Source: Candidatus Latescibacterota bacterium (lineage in GTDB: Bacteria; Latescibacterota; UBA2968; UBA8231). From it: a stretch of 64,000 bases of DNA. The position numbers were made by a program, and so were the translations under genes. The notes beneath the pieces are model-generated. The model did not search any database. It was not told where the DNA came from and saw only the letters and a list, made by a program, of their open reading frames with translations. Location: the NCBI GenBank assembly GCA_965206595.1, contig OZ242214.1:4672001-4736000 (forward strand). The letters are read 5' to 3'. Below are positions 39,849 through 50,300 of this stretch, in pieces (positions within the stretch are counted from its first letter, which is position 1; each line of letters opens with the position of its first letter).

Positions 39849-40874
39849 ATGAGATTGATTCAGTACCGGGAGGCGGACGGCAGCGATCGCGTCGGGGCCG
39901 TCGACGGGGATCGGGTGATCGACCTGACCGGCGATGACGGACCGGCGACCGTCCATGGCATCTACTACGATTGCGGTGGCCAGGCCGAGGGGCTCGAGAC
40001 CGCTCTCTCCAGGCTCGTCGACAAGGCCCCGGGCCCTTCGATGCGGCTTTCCGACCTCCTCGCCCGACGCGAGGGCGACGGGGGACCGTACCTGCTCAAG
40101 CCGGCCAGCGGCCCTGAGGACGATCCCCACGCCTTGCGCATCTGGCTGGCAGGGGTGACGCACGAGGACAGCGCCAGGCTCCGCGAGATCGAGGCGAAGC
40201 AGGCCACCGGCGACCAGGTCAACGTGTACGAGCAGAAGTACCGAGAATGCGCCGTGGGGGGGCGCCCCGAGCTGTTCGCCAAGGGGGACCCCGACAGCGT
40301 CGTCGGTCACGGCCAGATCCTCACCCGCCCCCAGGACACGCAGCGGCTCGTTCCCGAGACCGAGCTGGTCAGCCTGTACGGCCTCAACGGGCGCGGCGAG
40401 CTCGAGCGTCTCGGATACACCGGCGGCAACGACGCCACCGACAACGGCATGGAGGCCGCCAACCCCCTGAACCTGCCCCAGGCCAAGAACTGGGCAGGCG
40501 GCTGCGCCAGCTTCGGTCCGGTTCTCGTGACTGTTTCGGAGTTCGACGACGACGAGGTGGCGGTCAGCTGCGAGATCATCCGCGACGGCCGGCGCGCCGG
40601 CTTCAAGGAAGGGGCGACCGGACAGGGGAATCTCAACATGCCGGAAGGGCTTTTTCACATGGAGCGGTCGCTGTTCAGCCGTCTGCCGCTGAATCCCCGG
40701 CAGCTCCAGGTCCTGTACTGGGGTACGCCGATCGTGTTCGCCGAAGCGGACCTCGCCGGGGGTCTGGTCGCGGGCGACGTCGTGCGCATGGCCTTCGCCG
40801 GGATCGGTACTCTGGAAAACCCGATCGCCGACCTGCCGGAAACCGATCAGCTCGAGGGGCTCATGCCGGACTGA
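39849..40874 (+). CDS. Fumarylacetoacetate hydrolase-family protein (2-keto-3-deoxy sugar-acid dehydratase-like)
   Basis: IWLAGVT, RPELFAK, VPETEL, GYTGGND, ANPLNLPQAK, GIGTLENPI. Confidence 0.82.
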   Translation: MRLIQYREADGSDRVGAVDGDRVIDLTGDDGPATVHGIYYDCGGQAEGLETALSRLVDKAPGPSMRLSDLLARREGDGGPYLLKPASGPEDDPHALRIWLAGVTHEDSARLREIEAKQATGDQVNVYEQKYRECAVGGRPELFAKGDPDSVVGHGQILTRPQDTQRLVPETELVSLYGLNGRGELERLGYTGGNDATDNGMEAANPLNLPQAKNWAGGCASFGPVLVTVSEFDDDEVAVSCEIIRDGRRAGFKEGATGQGNLNMPEGLFHMERSLFSRLPLNPRQLQVLYWGTPIVFAEADLAGGLVAGDVVRMAFAGIGTLENPIADLPETDQLEGLMPD

Positions 40875-40877
40875 ATC

Positions 40878-41890
40878 TCAGGACGCCGTCAGCGCCCCTG
40901 TTTCCTTGAGATGGATAACCGAGGCGGCGAACTGCTGCAGCTCGAAGTCCGAGCAGGCCGCCGCCGATTCCCCGCGTTCGTGGGGCGTGCGCCACTCTTC
41001 ATCCGCCGGCCGCGCCGCTCCATGCAACCTGCGAATGGCATCGAGGACGGAATCGAAGGGGCGCTCGGGAAACGGTTCCCCAGGCGGAAGGTCTCCCAGT
41101 ACTCCGGCTCGAGGATGCGGATGTGGCGGGCCGTCGAGGCCCCGAGCTCGATGCAGCCCTGCAGCTCGCCGGGCGCCTCGTCGAACAGCCGCAGCAGCCG
41201 CAGCCAGTCGACGACCCCGGTCCCCAGGGTGCAGCGGACGAAACGAAAACCGGACGCCGTCGGGTAGATGCGGTAGTCCTTCAGGTGGATGTGCTTGAGA
41301 TGGGGCAGCACGGTGCGGGCGAACTGCTCCGGCGTCTCGCCGACGGCGAGGGCGTTGGCGCAATCCATCGTGGCCCCAAGCATCGGGCTGCCCACCTGCT
41401 CGCAGAGCCACACCAACTCCTGTGGGCAGAGGTCCTGGTGGTTCTCGACCCCAACGAGAACCTCTGACTCCTCGGCGACCTCCATCACGCGACGCAGCGG
41501 TTCGATCAGGCCGGACAGGTGACGACGTCAGCCCGCGGCCCCGTAGCGCCGCCGATCCCCTTCCAGGACCGAGCTGATCGTCGTGCGCACGGCCCGGGCT
41601 CCGAGCTCGGCCGCGGTATCGACGGCGGCCAGCAGCGGTCCCTGATCATCGGCGAGATGCTCGCTGCCGGTGTCGAGGAACAGATCGAGCCCGTATTCAT
41701 CCAACAGGTTGCGAAACCTCGCGCGCTCGTCCGGGGGCCGCTGCGAGAGCAGGTCGGCAGCCGTTTCGATGCTCGCCAGCCCGCTCGCCGCGGCCAGCCC
41801 GGCGAACCTCTCCGGTTCGTGGGGATCGATCTCACAGCCGGCCTCGCGGTGAGCGCCTGTGAAGCTCCAGGCGCACAGGCCGATCTTCAC
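40878..41890 (-). pseudogene. Sugar phosphate isomerase/epimerase with in-frame TGA (41528-41530) and frameshift near 41085
   Basis: VKIGLCAWSF...YGAAG*RRHLSGLIEPLRRVMEVAEE...ENHQD...HIHLKDY in one frame; the C-terminus FPERPFDSVL... is in another. Confidence 0.72.
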
Positions 41891-43173
41891 GGCCCGGACC
41901 CGGTATGCAGGGAGGCGACCTCGCCGGCAGGTACCTCCCGTTCCTCGCCGGTCGCCAGGTCGCGCACCTTGACGAGGCCGCGCTGCCATTCGTCCGGGGC
42001 GACGAGAACCAGCCGGGAGGCGCCGCTGCTGTCGGCGTGGCGGAAGGCCCACTTCATCCTGCGCTCTTCGAGGACGAGATCGACCGAGCGGCCTGCCCGG
42101 CGCAGCCGGGTGGCGATTTCCATGGCCGCCGGCCGCAGCTCGGCGCTGAAGGGGAAGACGACGTCGTCGAAGCGTCGCCGCAGTTCCGGCCGCAGGCCCT
42201 TTTCTGACAGCAGCTCGACGATCACGGCGTCCCCGAAGCCGAAGCCGCAGGCGGGAATGTCCCTGCCCCCGAAGGTCGACAGGAGGCGGTCGTAACGTCC
42301 CCCCCCGCAGATCGCCCTGAGCTCGGAGGCGCGGTCGAAAACCTCGAAGACTACTCCCGTGTAGTAGGCGAGGCCGCGCACGAGGCCGGCATCGAAGCGC
42401 ACCCATTCGGCGATCCCGTACTCGGCAGCGAGCGCGAGCAACCGGTGCAGGTCGCTGATGCCGCCGCTGTCTTCCCCGATCAGGGAGGCGGCGTCGTCGA
42501 GGGAGGCCAGCGAGGTCAGCTCGAGGAGGCTGTCGACGACGGAGGCAACCAGTCCCAGGCGTTCGAACTCTTCCCGCACCACCCCGGCAGGCAGCTTGTC
42601 GAGCTTGTCGACGAGCACGCAGACCTCGGAAAAGCGCTCCTCGGGAACGTTGGCGGCGTTCAGCACCGCCTCGATGATCTTGCGGCTCGAGAGCTTGATC
42701 TCGACGTCTTCCGCGGTCAGGCCGAGGCGCGAGAGCAACGTCGTCACGAGACAGAGGAGCTCGGCCTCGGCGGCGACGTCTGAGATGCCTAAAATGTCGA
42801 CGTTCCACTGGTAATGTTCGCGCCTGCGCCCGCGCTGGATGCGCTCGTAGCGCCAGCACTGAGGAATGCTGAACCACTTCAGCGGCAGGGCCAGCGATCC
42901 CGCCCTGCCCAGCACGAGGCGCGCCAGCGAGGGGGTCATCTCCGGTCTCAGGGCAAGGCGCCGCCCCCCCTTGTCCTCGAAGCTGTACAGCTCGTCGACG
43001 ATCTGCTCCCCCGCCTTGCGGACGTACAGCTCTTCCGATTCGACGACAGGGGCGTCGTACTCTTCGAAGGCGAAAGTCTGCGCGACCTCGCGGAAATGCG
43101 TGAACAGCCAGTTGCGCAGGCGGAAATTGTCTGGATAGAAGTCTCGCGTCCCCCGAGGCGGTGAGAGATTCAT
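41887..43173 (-). CDS. hisS: Histidine--tRNA ligase
   Basis: PRGTRDF, LRPEMTPSLAR, WRYER.QRGRRREHYQ, VRGLAYYTG, GGGRYD. Confidence 0.97.
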   Translation of the reverse strand: MNLSPPRGTRDFYPDNFRLRNWLFTHFREVAQTFAFEEYDAPVVESEELYVRKAGEQIVDELYSFEDKGGRRLALRPEMTPSLARLVLGRAGSLALPLKWFSIPQCWRYERIQRGRRREHYQWNVDILGISDVAAEAELLCLVTTLLSRLGLTAEDVEIKLSSRKIIEAVLNAANVPEERFSEVCVLVDKLDKLPAGVVREEFERLGLVASVVDSLLELTSLASLDDAASLIGEDSGGISDLHRLLALAAEYGIAEWVRFDAGLVRGLAYYTGVVFEVFDRASELRAICGGGRYDRLLSTFGGRDIPACGFGFGDAVIVELLSEKGLRPELRRRFDDVVFPFSAELRPAAMEIATRLRRAGRSVDLVLEERRMKWAFRHADSSGASRLVLVAPDEWQRGLVKVRDLATGEEREVPAGEVASLHTGSGP

Positions 43174-43213
43174 GGTCCTTAAGGTATGCGAGGTTGGCGA
43201 CGGTGTCTCTCCG

Positions 43214-44041
43214 TCACCCGGGGTAGAGCTCGCCTGCCAGGATTGCCAGCAGACCGAGGGGCATCAGCGCCGTCAGGGCCCTGCTCGTGCTTCCGGAACC
43301 GCCGAGGAGGCGAGCCAGGACGATCAGGAGCAGCAGGTCCATCACCCCGACCACCGCGGCGTAGACCCAGCCGTACAGTCCGAGGTAGCGCGGCAGAAGG
43401 GTACCGGTAATCAGCAGCCCGTACACGGAAGCCGCGGCGTACCGGGCCCTCGTCGCACCGACCGCAAGGGCCAGGGTGCGCACCCCGCGGGCGCGGTCCC
43501 CCTCGGCGTCCTCGATGTCCTTGACGATCTCGCGCCCCAGGTGAAAGAGCAGGGCGAAGCCGGCCGGAATCCAGGACCTTCCCAGGGTCCCGCCGGCCAG
43601 GGCCCCAAAGGGAAAGGCCAGCGCCGCGAGAGCCGCCACCAGAAGGTTGCCCCAGAGCACGGTGCTCTTGATGCAGGTGCTGTACAGCCAGAGTCCCGCA
43701 AGCGTGACGGCGGCGATCAGTCCCGGGACCGGTCCGGCCCCTATCGCAAGGCCCAGCCCGGCCGCCGCGCTCCCCGCGGCGACCAGGGCCGCCCGCCTCG
43801 GCGTCAGCCTGCCTGCCGGAAGCGGCCTGCGAGGCCGGTTGATCCTGTCTATTTCGAGGTCCCGGAGGTCGTTGTAGGCGTTCCCGGCCCCCGTGACCAG
43901 GGCGGCGGCCAGAACTGCCAGCCAGACGGGAGGCGGAAAGGGAACGGCACCGCCGGCCACCGCCCCGATGAGGACGGATGCCGCCGTGATGCAACAGTTC
44001 AGCGGCCTTAGAAGCTGCAACTCCGCCATCATTGGCATCAC
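43214..44041 (-). CDS. UbiA-family prenyltransferase, DGGGP synthase-like
   Basis: LLRPLNC, GNAYNDLRDLEIDRINRPRRPLPAG, WGNLLVA, REIVKDIEDAEGD; multiple TM helices. Confidence 0.82.
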   Translation of the reverse strand: MMPMMAELQLLRPLNCCITAASVLIGAVAGGAVPFPPPVWLAVLAAALVTGAGNAYNDLRDLEIDRINRPRRPLPAGRLTPRRAALVAAGSAAAGLGLAIGAGPVPGLIAAVTLAGLWLYSTCIKSTVLWGNLLVAALAALAFPFGALAGGTLGRSWIPAGFALLFHLGREIVKDIEDAEGDRARGVRTLALAVGATRARYAAASVYGLLITGTLLPRYLGLYGWVYAAVVGVMDLLLLIVLARLLGGSGSTSRALTALMPLGLLAILAGELYPG

Positions 44042-44218
44042 CGGGGCTGCCCGTGTAGCCCCGGAACAAGGGCGGCTGACAAGTAGTGAACAGCCGCGAC
44101 AAACGGGTCGGAAAAGCAGTTGTTTTCCGGCCGTTGCGGGGGGTGTTTACGAGGTGCCCAAAATAGGGGCTAATTTCTTGTAACTGTCAAAAAAATAAAT
44201 GGTTCGTGCGGATTTTTC

Positions 44219-44247
44219 TTGACAGTCAAAAAACAGGGAAGTACTTT
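44219..44247 (+). promoter_or_regulatory. sigma70-type promoter of the HU-family gene
   Basis: TTGACA, 17 nt, TACTTT within an AT-rich intergenic stretch. Confidence 0.6.
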
Positions 44248-44347
44248 GACGGAAAGTCGTTATTATCCAACAACTAATGTCAATTTTGATGTCAATTTTT
44301 CGGTCTGATCCGGCATGGAAATCCCGCCTCCCATAGGGGGTCGGCTT

Positions 44348-44701
44348 TTGCCGACGATAACGAAGAAGGATCTCGCCCTTCTCGTCAGCCAGAGCACCGG
44401 CTGCAAGAAGAATCTGGCGGCCAAAATGGTCGACAGTCTCTTCGTCGCCATGAGGGACAGCCTGATCCAGGGGAACCGCATCGAAATTAGGGGCTTCGGC
44501 GTTTTTCAGGTCAAGGACACCCGCCCCAAGCCCGCGGCCCGCAACCCCCGGACCGGTGAAATCATCTACGTGCCTGCCCGCCGCAAGACGCACTTCAAAC
44601 CGGGCCGGCTCCTCAAGGAGGCCCTCCACCAGACGCGGGAAGGCAATCTCGATCTCCCGCTCGATTTCGACGAAGAAGAAGAAGAAGAAGACGATATCTG
44701 A
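44348..44701 (+). CDS. HU/IHF-family DNA-binding protein with acidic tail
   Basis: ITKKDL, RIEIRGFGVF, ARNPRTGE, FKPG; ends DFDEEEEEEDDI; TTG start inferred. Confidence 0.92.
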   Translation: MPTITKKDLALLVSQSTGCKKNLAAKMVDSLFVAMRDSLIQGNRIEIRGFGVFQVKDTRPKPAARNPRTGEIIYVPARRKTHFKPGRLLKEALHQTREGNLDLPLDFDEEEEEEDDI

Positions 44702-44726
44702 AGCAGCGAAATCAGGAAGGAAGCAG

Positions 44727-44760
44727 ACCCCGGTACGGATGGACGTACGGGGGTTTTTTT
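44727..44760 (+). terminator. Rho-independent terminator
   Basis: ACCCCgGTACG-loop-CGTACgGGGGT followed by a T run, just after the HU stop. Confidence 0.75.
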
Positions 44761-45427
44761 ATTGGTTTTCGCCGGCTTCGTCCCCGGGGGAGCCGTCCAT
44801 CAGGGCGGCGATCCGCTGCCGCCAGTCGGGGGGGACTTTGAGGTTGGCGTCGAGCCTGAAATCCGCGGCCAGCGAGCGGAGGATCTCCGACCTGCGCCGG
44901 CTGTCGGGGAGGGTCTCCCTGAGCCGGGCACGCAGGCGGCCGAGCCCGTCGAGATAGTCGACGAACTCGCTGTCGTCAAAGATCCGCTCGAGGTCCTGGC
45001 GCAACCGGCGTGCCAGCGAGGGGCTGGCGTTGCTCGTGCTGATGCTCATTCTCAGGTGACCTGCGGAGACGAGGGCGGCCATGGCGATGTTGGACTGCGA
45101 CGGCCGGTCCCAGGTGTTGATGAGGCAGCGCTGCCGGCAGGCCAGCTCGTAGACCTCGCGGGCAAGCTCCGGGTCGCCGGGGACGGTGTTGATGACGAGA
45201 AACACCCCGTCGAGGTCCGCGGTCTCGACGGGGCGATCGCGGTGCTCGAATCGCCCGGCCGCCTTCCATTCCCGAAGGTCTTCGTCGAGACGCGGGCTGA
45301 CCACGGCGAGCCGGGCCCCGGCGGCGAGCAGCCTCTCCGCCTTGTCGGCCGCCTCGGCGCCGCCGCCGATCACCAGGCAGCGGCGCCCCATGACGTCGAT
45401 GCCGGCCTGGAAACAGGGATTCAGCAT
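44759..45427 (-). CDS. Precorrin-2 dehydrogenase / sirohydrochlorin ferrochelatase (CysG N-terminal / SirC-like)
   Basis: CLVIGGGAEAADK, INTWDRP, SISTSNASPSLARRLR. Confidence 0.85.
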   Translation of the reverse strand: MLNPCFQAGIDVMGRRCLVIGGGAEAADKAERLLAAGARLAVVSPRLDEDLREWKAAGRFEHRDRPVETADLDGVFLVINTVPGDPELAREVYELACRQRCLINTWDRPSQSNIAMAALVSAGHLRMSISTSNASPSLARRLRQDLERIFDDSEFVDYLDGLGRLRARLRETLPDSRRRSEILRSLAADFRLDANLKVPPDWRQRIAALMDGSPGDEAGENQ

Positions 45428-45519
45428 TCGGGTCGCTCGCCTGCTCTCGGGCAGTTAGTGCCCGCGCGCGGCGGTGAGCTTGCGAACGAGGGCACCGGAG
45501 GGATTCGCGCGCTCGGGCG

Positions 45520-45954
45520 TCATCCCTGCCCCCCTTGGAGGTCGGAGTAGTTGCGGCCTTCCTGCTTCCCCTGGTCGACGGGGAGGCCGCTTTCGAGCCA
45601 GCCCCTCTCGATCACCTCGCCGCTGTCGGTGTACGCTCCCCCGAAGCCGCCGCGGACGTTGGACACGTCGGCGAACCCCGCGACCGACAGGATTTCGGCG
45701 GCACGCGCCGAACGCGCTCCCGACTGGCAGCCGAGCAGCAGCCTGTCGCCGCGTTCGAAATTCGCTTCGACCACCCCGAGGAAGTCGGGGTTCGGCACCA
45801 TGCCGAACGGCTCCCGGTGCATGATCGGAATGTTGAGGGCTCCTGAGGGGTGCCCGTTGCGGAACTCCGGCTCGGAGCGCACATCGATGTACCGGTATCC
45901 CTGCTCTCGCATCAACTCCAGGGCTTCCGCGGAGTTGATCTCCTTGTAACTCAT
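45520..45954 (-). CDS. Rhodanese-like protein
   Basis: IDVRSEPEF..GHPSGALNIP, GCQSGARS, W..SGLP. Confidence 0.9.
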   Translation of the reverse strand: MSYKEINSAEALELMREQGYRYIDVRSEPEFRNGHPSGALNIPIMHREPFGMVPNPDFLGVVEANFERGDRLLLGCQSGARSARAAEILSVAGFADVSNVRGGFGGAYTDSGEVIERGWLESGLPVDQGKQEGRNYSDLQGGQG

Positions 45955-46097
45955 CGCTGGACCTCCTGCCGGCAATTCCGCCGGACGGGTGAAAAGCACC
46001 CTGCGCGCAATCCGCGCTCGCTGTCCGGGGTTTTCAGCTGCCCGACACCCGGGTGGAAGAGCGCGGAACAGGCCCTGCCAGGGCTGAAGGATGCGAC

Positions 46098-46126
46098 TTG
46101 ACAGGGTGCACCACAGGCCATTCAAT
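46098..46126 (+). promoter_or_regulatory. Possible sigma70 promoter of the RND operon
   Basis: TTGACA, 17 nt, TTCAAT. Confidence 0.45.
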
Positions 46127-46146
46127 GACTTTCTATCTCTTCAGTA

Positions 46147-47326
46147 ATGTATTATTTCCAGCAACATAGACAATTTCCGAGGGGTCTTGCGCCGCTTGTG
46201 GCGTGGGCGTTGTCCGGCGGCCTTCTATGCAGGCGGCTGCAGCCATTTCGGCGGCGATTCGGAAGCGGAGGGTAGCGCTCGAAGCGACTCGACCGCGGCC
46301 GATTCGAGCGCCGCGGACACGAGCCGGGCCGACACCGCCAGGATCGACGCGGTGCCGGTGGAGACCGCCCTCTCCACCACCGGGGACATCTCCTCCTTCC
46401 TGCTGTTCAGCTCGACCGTGGAGACCGAGGCCTCGGTTGAGATACACCCGGAGATCAGCGGCTTGGTGGAGGTCGTCGCAGTCGAGGAAGGGGACCAGGT
46501 CGCTGCCGGCGACACCCTGGTGAGGCTCGACACCGACCAGGCCCGCACAGACGACCGCGAAAGCGCCATGGAGCTGCGCCACCTCGAGATGGGGTACAAA
46601 CGCACCGAGGAGATGTTCCGCCGCGGCCTCATCGCCCCCCAGGACCACGAGGACAGGCTCTTTCACCTCGAGGAAGCCCGGCTGAAAGTGGAGAAGGCGC
46701 GCCTCGCCCTCGAGAACACGATGATCCGCGCCCCGTTCGCCGGCGTCATCACGACGCGGCAGGTGCAGGTGGGGGCCCGGGTCGCCCCCGGGGCCAAGCT
46801 GTTCGATCTCGTCAAGATCGACGACATGATCGCCCGCGTGTCCGTGCCGGGCCGCTACCTGACCCGGGTGAGGGTCGGCCAGAAGGCAGAAGTGGTCTCC
46901 GACTTTCTCGAGGGCATGGAGTTCGAGGGCTACGTGAAGCGGATCAGCCCGGTAGTCGACCCGAAGAGCGGCACCTTCAAGGTCACCGTCGGACTGCGGG
47001 ACCGCTGGGAACACCTGCGGCCGGGGGTCTTCGTCAACGTCCGCGTCATCACCGACACCCACACCGGCGCCGTTCTGCTGCCGAAGCAGGCCGTCGTCTA
47101 CGACGGCGGCGAGCGCTACGTCTTCCTCGTCGAAGACAGCACGGCGTCGCGTGTCAGGCTCGACGCCGGGTACGAGGACAGCCGATTCATCGAGGCCCTG
47201 TCCGGCATCGTCATCGATACCCCCGTCATCGTCATCGGCCAGGCCGGCCTGAAGGACAAGGCCCGGGTCAAGGTCGTCAACGCATCCGGGGATGAACCTG
47301 CACCAGCAGGGAGCGGCCGGGGATAG
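46147..47326 (+). CDS. RND periplasmic adaptor (MFP) lipoprotein; probable +1 frameshift near 46228
   Basis: VEEGDQV..GDTL, IRAPFAGVI, RISPVVDPKSGTFKV, LRPG.FV. The signal peptide from ATG 46147 (..LVAWALSGGLL) joins AGGC if one base is removed. Confidence 0.85.
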
Positions 47327-47331
47327 GGGTC

Positions 47332-50300
47332 ATGGCCGGCGCCGGACCCTCTCGCACCTTCAGCACCCGCTTCGCCGTCACGACGCAGCGACCCGTCGCG
47401 ATCCTGATGATCGTCACCGCGGTCTGCGTCTTCGGCTGGGTCTCCTATCAGCGCCTGTCCCTGGACCTGATGCCGGACATTGCCTACCCGGCGATCACGG
47501 TGCGCACCGAGTTCCCCGGCACCGCCCCGGAGGAGGTGGAATCGCTGGTGTCGCGGCCCCTGGAGCAGGAGCTCGGCATCGTCCGCCAGCTCGTCCGCAT
47601 CAGTTCGATCAGCAAGGCTGGACAGTCCGACGTCGTCCTCGAGTTCGAGTGGGACACCGACATGGACGCCGCCTCCCAGAGCATCCGCGAAAAGTCGGAC
47701 CGCCTGCGCCTGCCCGAAGGCGCGGAAAAGCCGTTGCTGCTGAGGTACGACCCCTCCCTCGACCCGATCATCCGCCTGGGACTGCACGGTCCGCAGACGA
47801 TGTTCGAGCTGCGCCGCCTCGCCGACCGCGAGATCAAGCGGGAGCTGGAGGCGATCCCGGGGATCGCAGCCGTCAAGGTGAAGGGCGGCCTCGAAGAGCA
47901 GATCCACGTCGACCTCAACGAGCAGCGGATCAGCCTGATGGGGCTGGACGTCTCGGCGATCAACCGGGCTCTCGATCAGGCCAACGTCAATCTGCCGGGC
48001 GGGCAGATGCGCGAGGGGCTGACCTGGTACCTCGTGCGCACGATCAACGAGTTCCAGACGATCGACGAAATCCGCCGTCTGATCGTGGCGGAAAAAGAGG
48101 GAGCCGAGATCCGCCTCGGCGACGTCGCCACCGTGGACCGGTCGTACAAGGACCGCGAGGTCGTCACCCGGGTCGACGGCCGCAAAAGCGTCGAGATCGA
48201 GATCTACAAGGAGGCGGACGCCAACATCGTAACGGTCGCGCAAAGGGTGGCCAACCGCATCCACGGGCTGCCGGAACAGCGGCAGTACGTCGCCCGACTG
48301 CAGCGGGAGGAGGAAGAAAGAGCGCGGGCGACCGCCGGAGACACGAGCGCTGTCGAAAACGGTGAAGCCGCGGCGGCGGAGGGAGAAGAAGAGAAGGAGG
48401 AGGAGGGACTCCAGGAGCAGAAGCGCGCCGAGGCGGTGAAGACGCTCGAGCACCTGCGCATGGCGGACTTCATCAGCCACCTGCTGCCCGAGGGGATGGG
48501 GATCGAGGTGCTGTCGGACCAGTCGGTGTTCATCGTCGACGCCATCGACGAGGTGCGGAAGAGCGCCGTCATCGGCGGCGCCCTGGCGATCTTCGTGCTG
48601 CTGGCCTTTCTGAGGAACGTCATGCACACGCTGATCGTCGGCGTCACCATCCCGGTCTCGATCGCGGCGACCTTCGCGCCGATGTGCCTGTTCGACGTGT
48701 CGATGAACATCATGTCGCTCGGGGGGCTGGCGCTCGGCATCGGCATGCTCGTCGACAATTCGATCGTCGTTCTCGAGAGCATCTTTCGCTGCCGCGAAGA
48801 GGGGGACGACCTGGTGCGGGCGACCGTCCGCGGCACCGGGGAGGTCGGGGCCGCGGTCTTCGCCTCCACTCTGACGACGATCGCCGTCTTCTTCCCCATC
48901 GTCTTCGTCGAGGGGGTCGCCGGGCAGGTGTTCGGCTCACCGTGGTCTTTTCCCTGCTGGCCTCGCTGCTGGCCGCCCTCTACTTCATAATACCGATGCT
49001 GGCGTCGCGGCGCCTGCAGCAGGGGGATGGAGACAGTCCCCTGCTCGCCGCCGGCGATTTCCTGCGGCTGCACGCGGTAGCCCGGGCCCGCGAGGCGATG
49101 GCGCCGGGCCCGTTGCGCGAGAGGGCAGTGCAGGCGGCCCTGATCCTGCCGCAGCTGCTGCTCGACCTGGTCCTGCGCATCCCGCTGGCCGCCGCTGCCC
49201 TGGTCGCCGCGGTCCTGAAAGGAGCGGCCATCCTGCTGTTCGAGGGGCTCTGGATCCTGCTGAAGCCGGGAGAGCTCTTCTGGATCAGGCCGGCGCGCAC
49301 CCTGCAGGCGTCGTTCGCCGACTGGGCCCGGGGGAGCCGCATAGGCCCCTGGCAGCCGTTCGAGCGCATCTGGCCCGACCCCCTGCTCGGGTATGGATCC
49401 CCGGACGCCCTGAAGGGGGACGCCGCCCGTCTCGGAGGCTGGATGTGGACGGCGGACGGCAGCGCCCGCAGCCCCCTTCTCCGGCGCCTTGCCCGCGCGC
49501 TTCCGGGGGTCGTCGCCTTCCTGTTTCTGCTGCTGCGGTTCCTGTTCCACACGCTGGTCCGCACAGTCGGGATCGCCCTGCAGGTGGCGCTGCTCCTCGC
49601 CGGGCTGACCGTGTTCGCCGCGACGACGGCTGCGGGCGTTCTGCTCGCGCCCGTCTTCGCGCCGATCCTGTTCCTGTGCCGGCGGGCAATCGGCCTGGCG
49701 CTGCAGGTGTATCCGGTGCTGCTGGAGTCGGCGCTGCGGCAACGGTACCTGGTGATGGCGGCGGCCGCGGCCTGCTTCTGGCTCTGCTGGTCCGGGCTCG
49801 TCCCGCGGCTGGGGACCGAGCTGATCCCGCAGGTCCACCAGGGGGAGTTCAACCTCGAGGTGGCGCTGCCGGTCGGCACCCCCCTGTGGCGGACCGCGGA
49901 GGTGGTGAGGGAGATCGAGGAGGCCGCCCTGAAACAGCCGGGGGTCGAGCGCGTCGCGACCGCGGTCGGCACCGAACAGGTCGGCGTCGTCGAGGGCGGA
50001 CGAGGGGGAGCACACCGCCAGACTGACCGTGAAGATGGTGCCGGGGGCAACTCCTCAAGAGGAGGAGGAGCTGATCGCCCGGCTGCGCCGCGAGCTGGCC
50101 GATCTCCCCGAGGTGGAGATCGAGGTCGCCTTCCCGACCCTGTTCAGCTTCAAGACCCCGGTCGAGGTGGAGATCCACGGCGACGACCTGCAGAAGCTGC
50201 GAAAGGTGAGCAGGGAGACGGAAGGACTGCTCTCCGGGCTCGAGGGGCTCGCCGACGTCAAGTCGTCCCTGCAGTCCGGCCACCCGGAGCTGCAGGTCAG

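Noticed and set aside
41528-41530. Selenocysteine at the in-frame TGA
   Set aside because: Not a Cys or redox motif position, the family is not a known selenoprotein, and the same gene has a second lesion.
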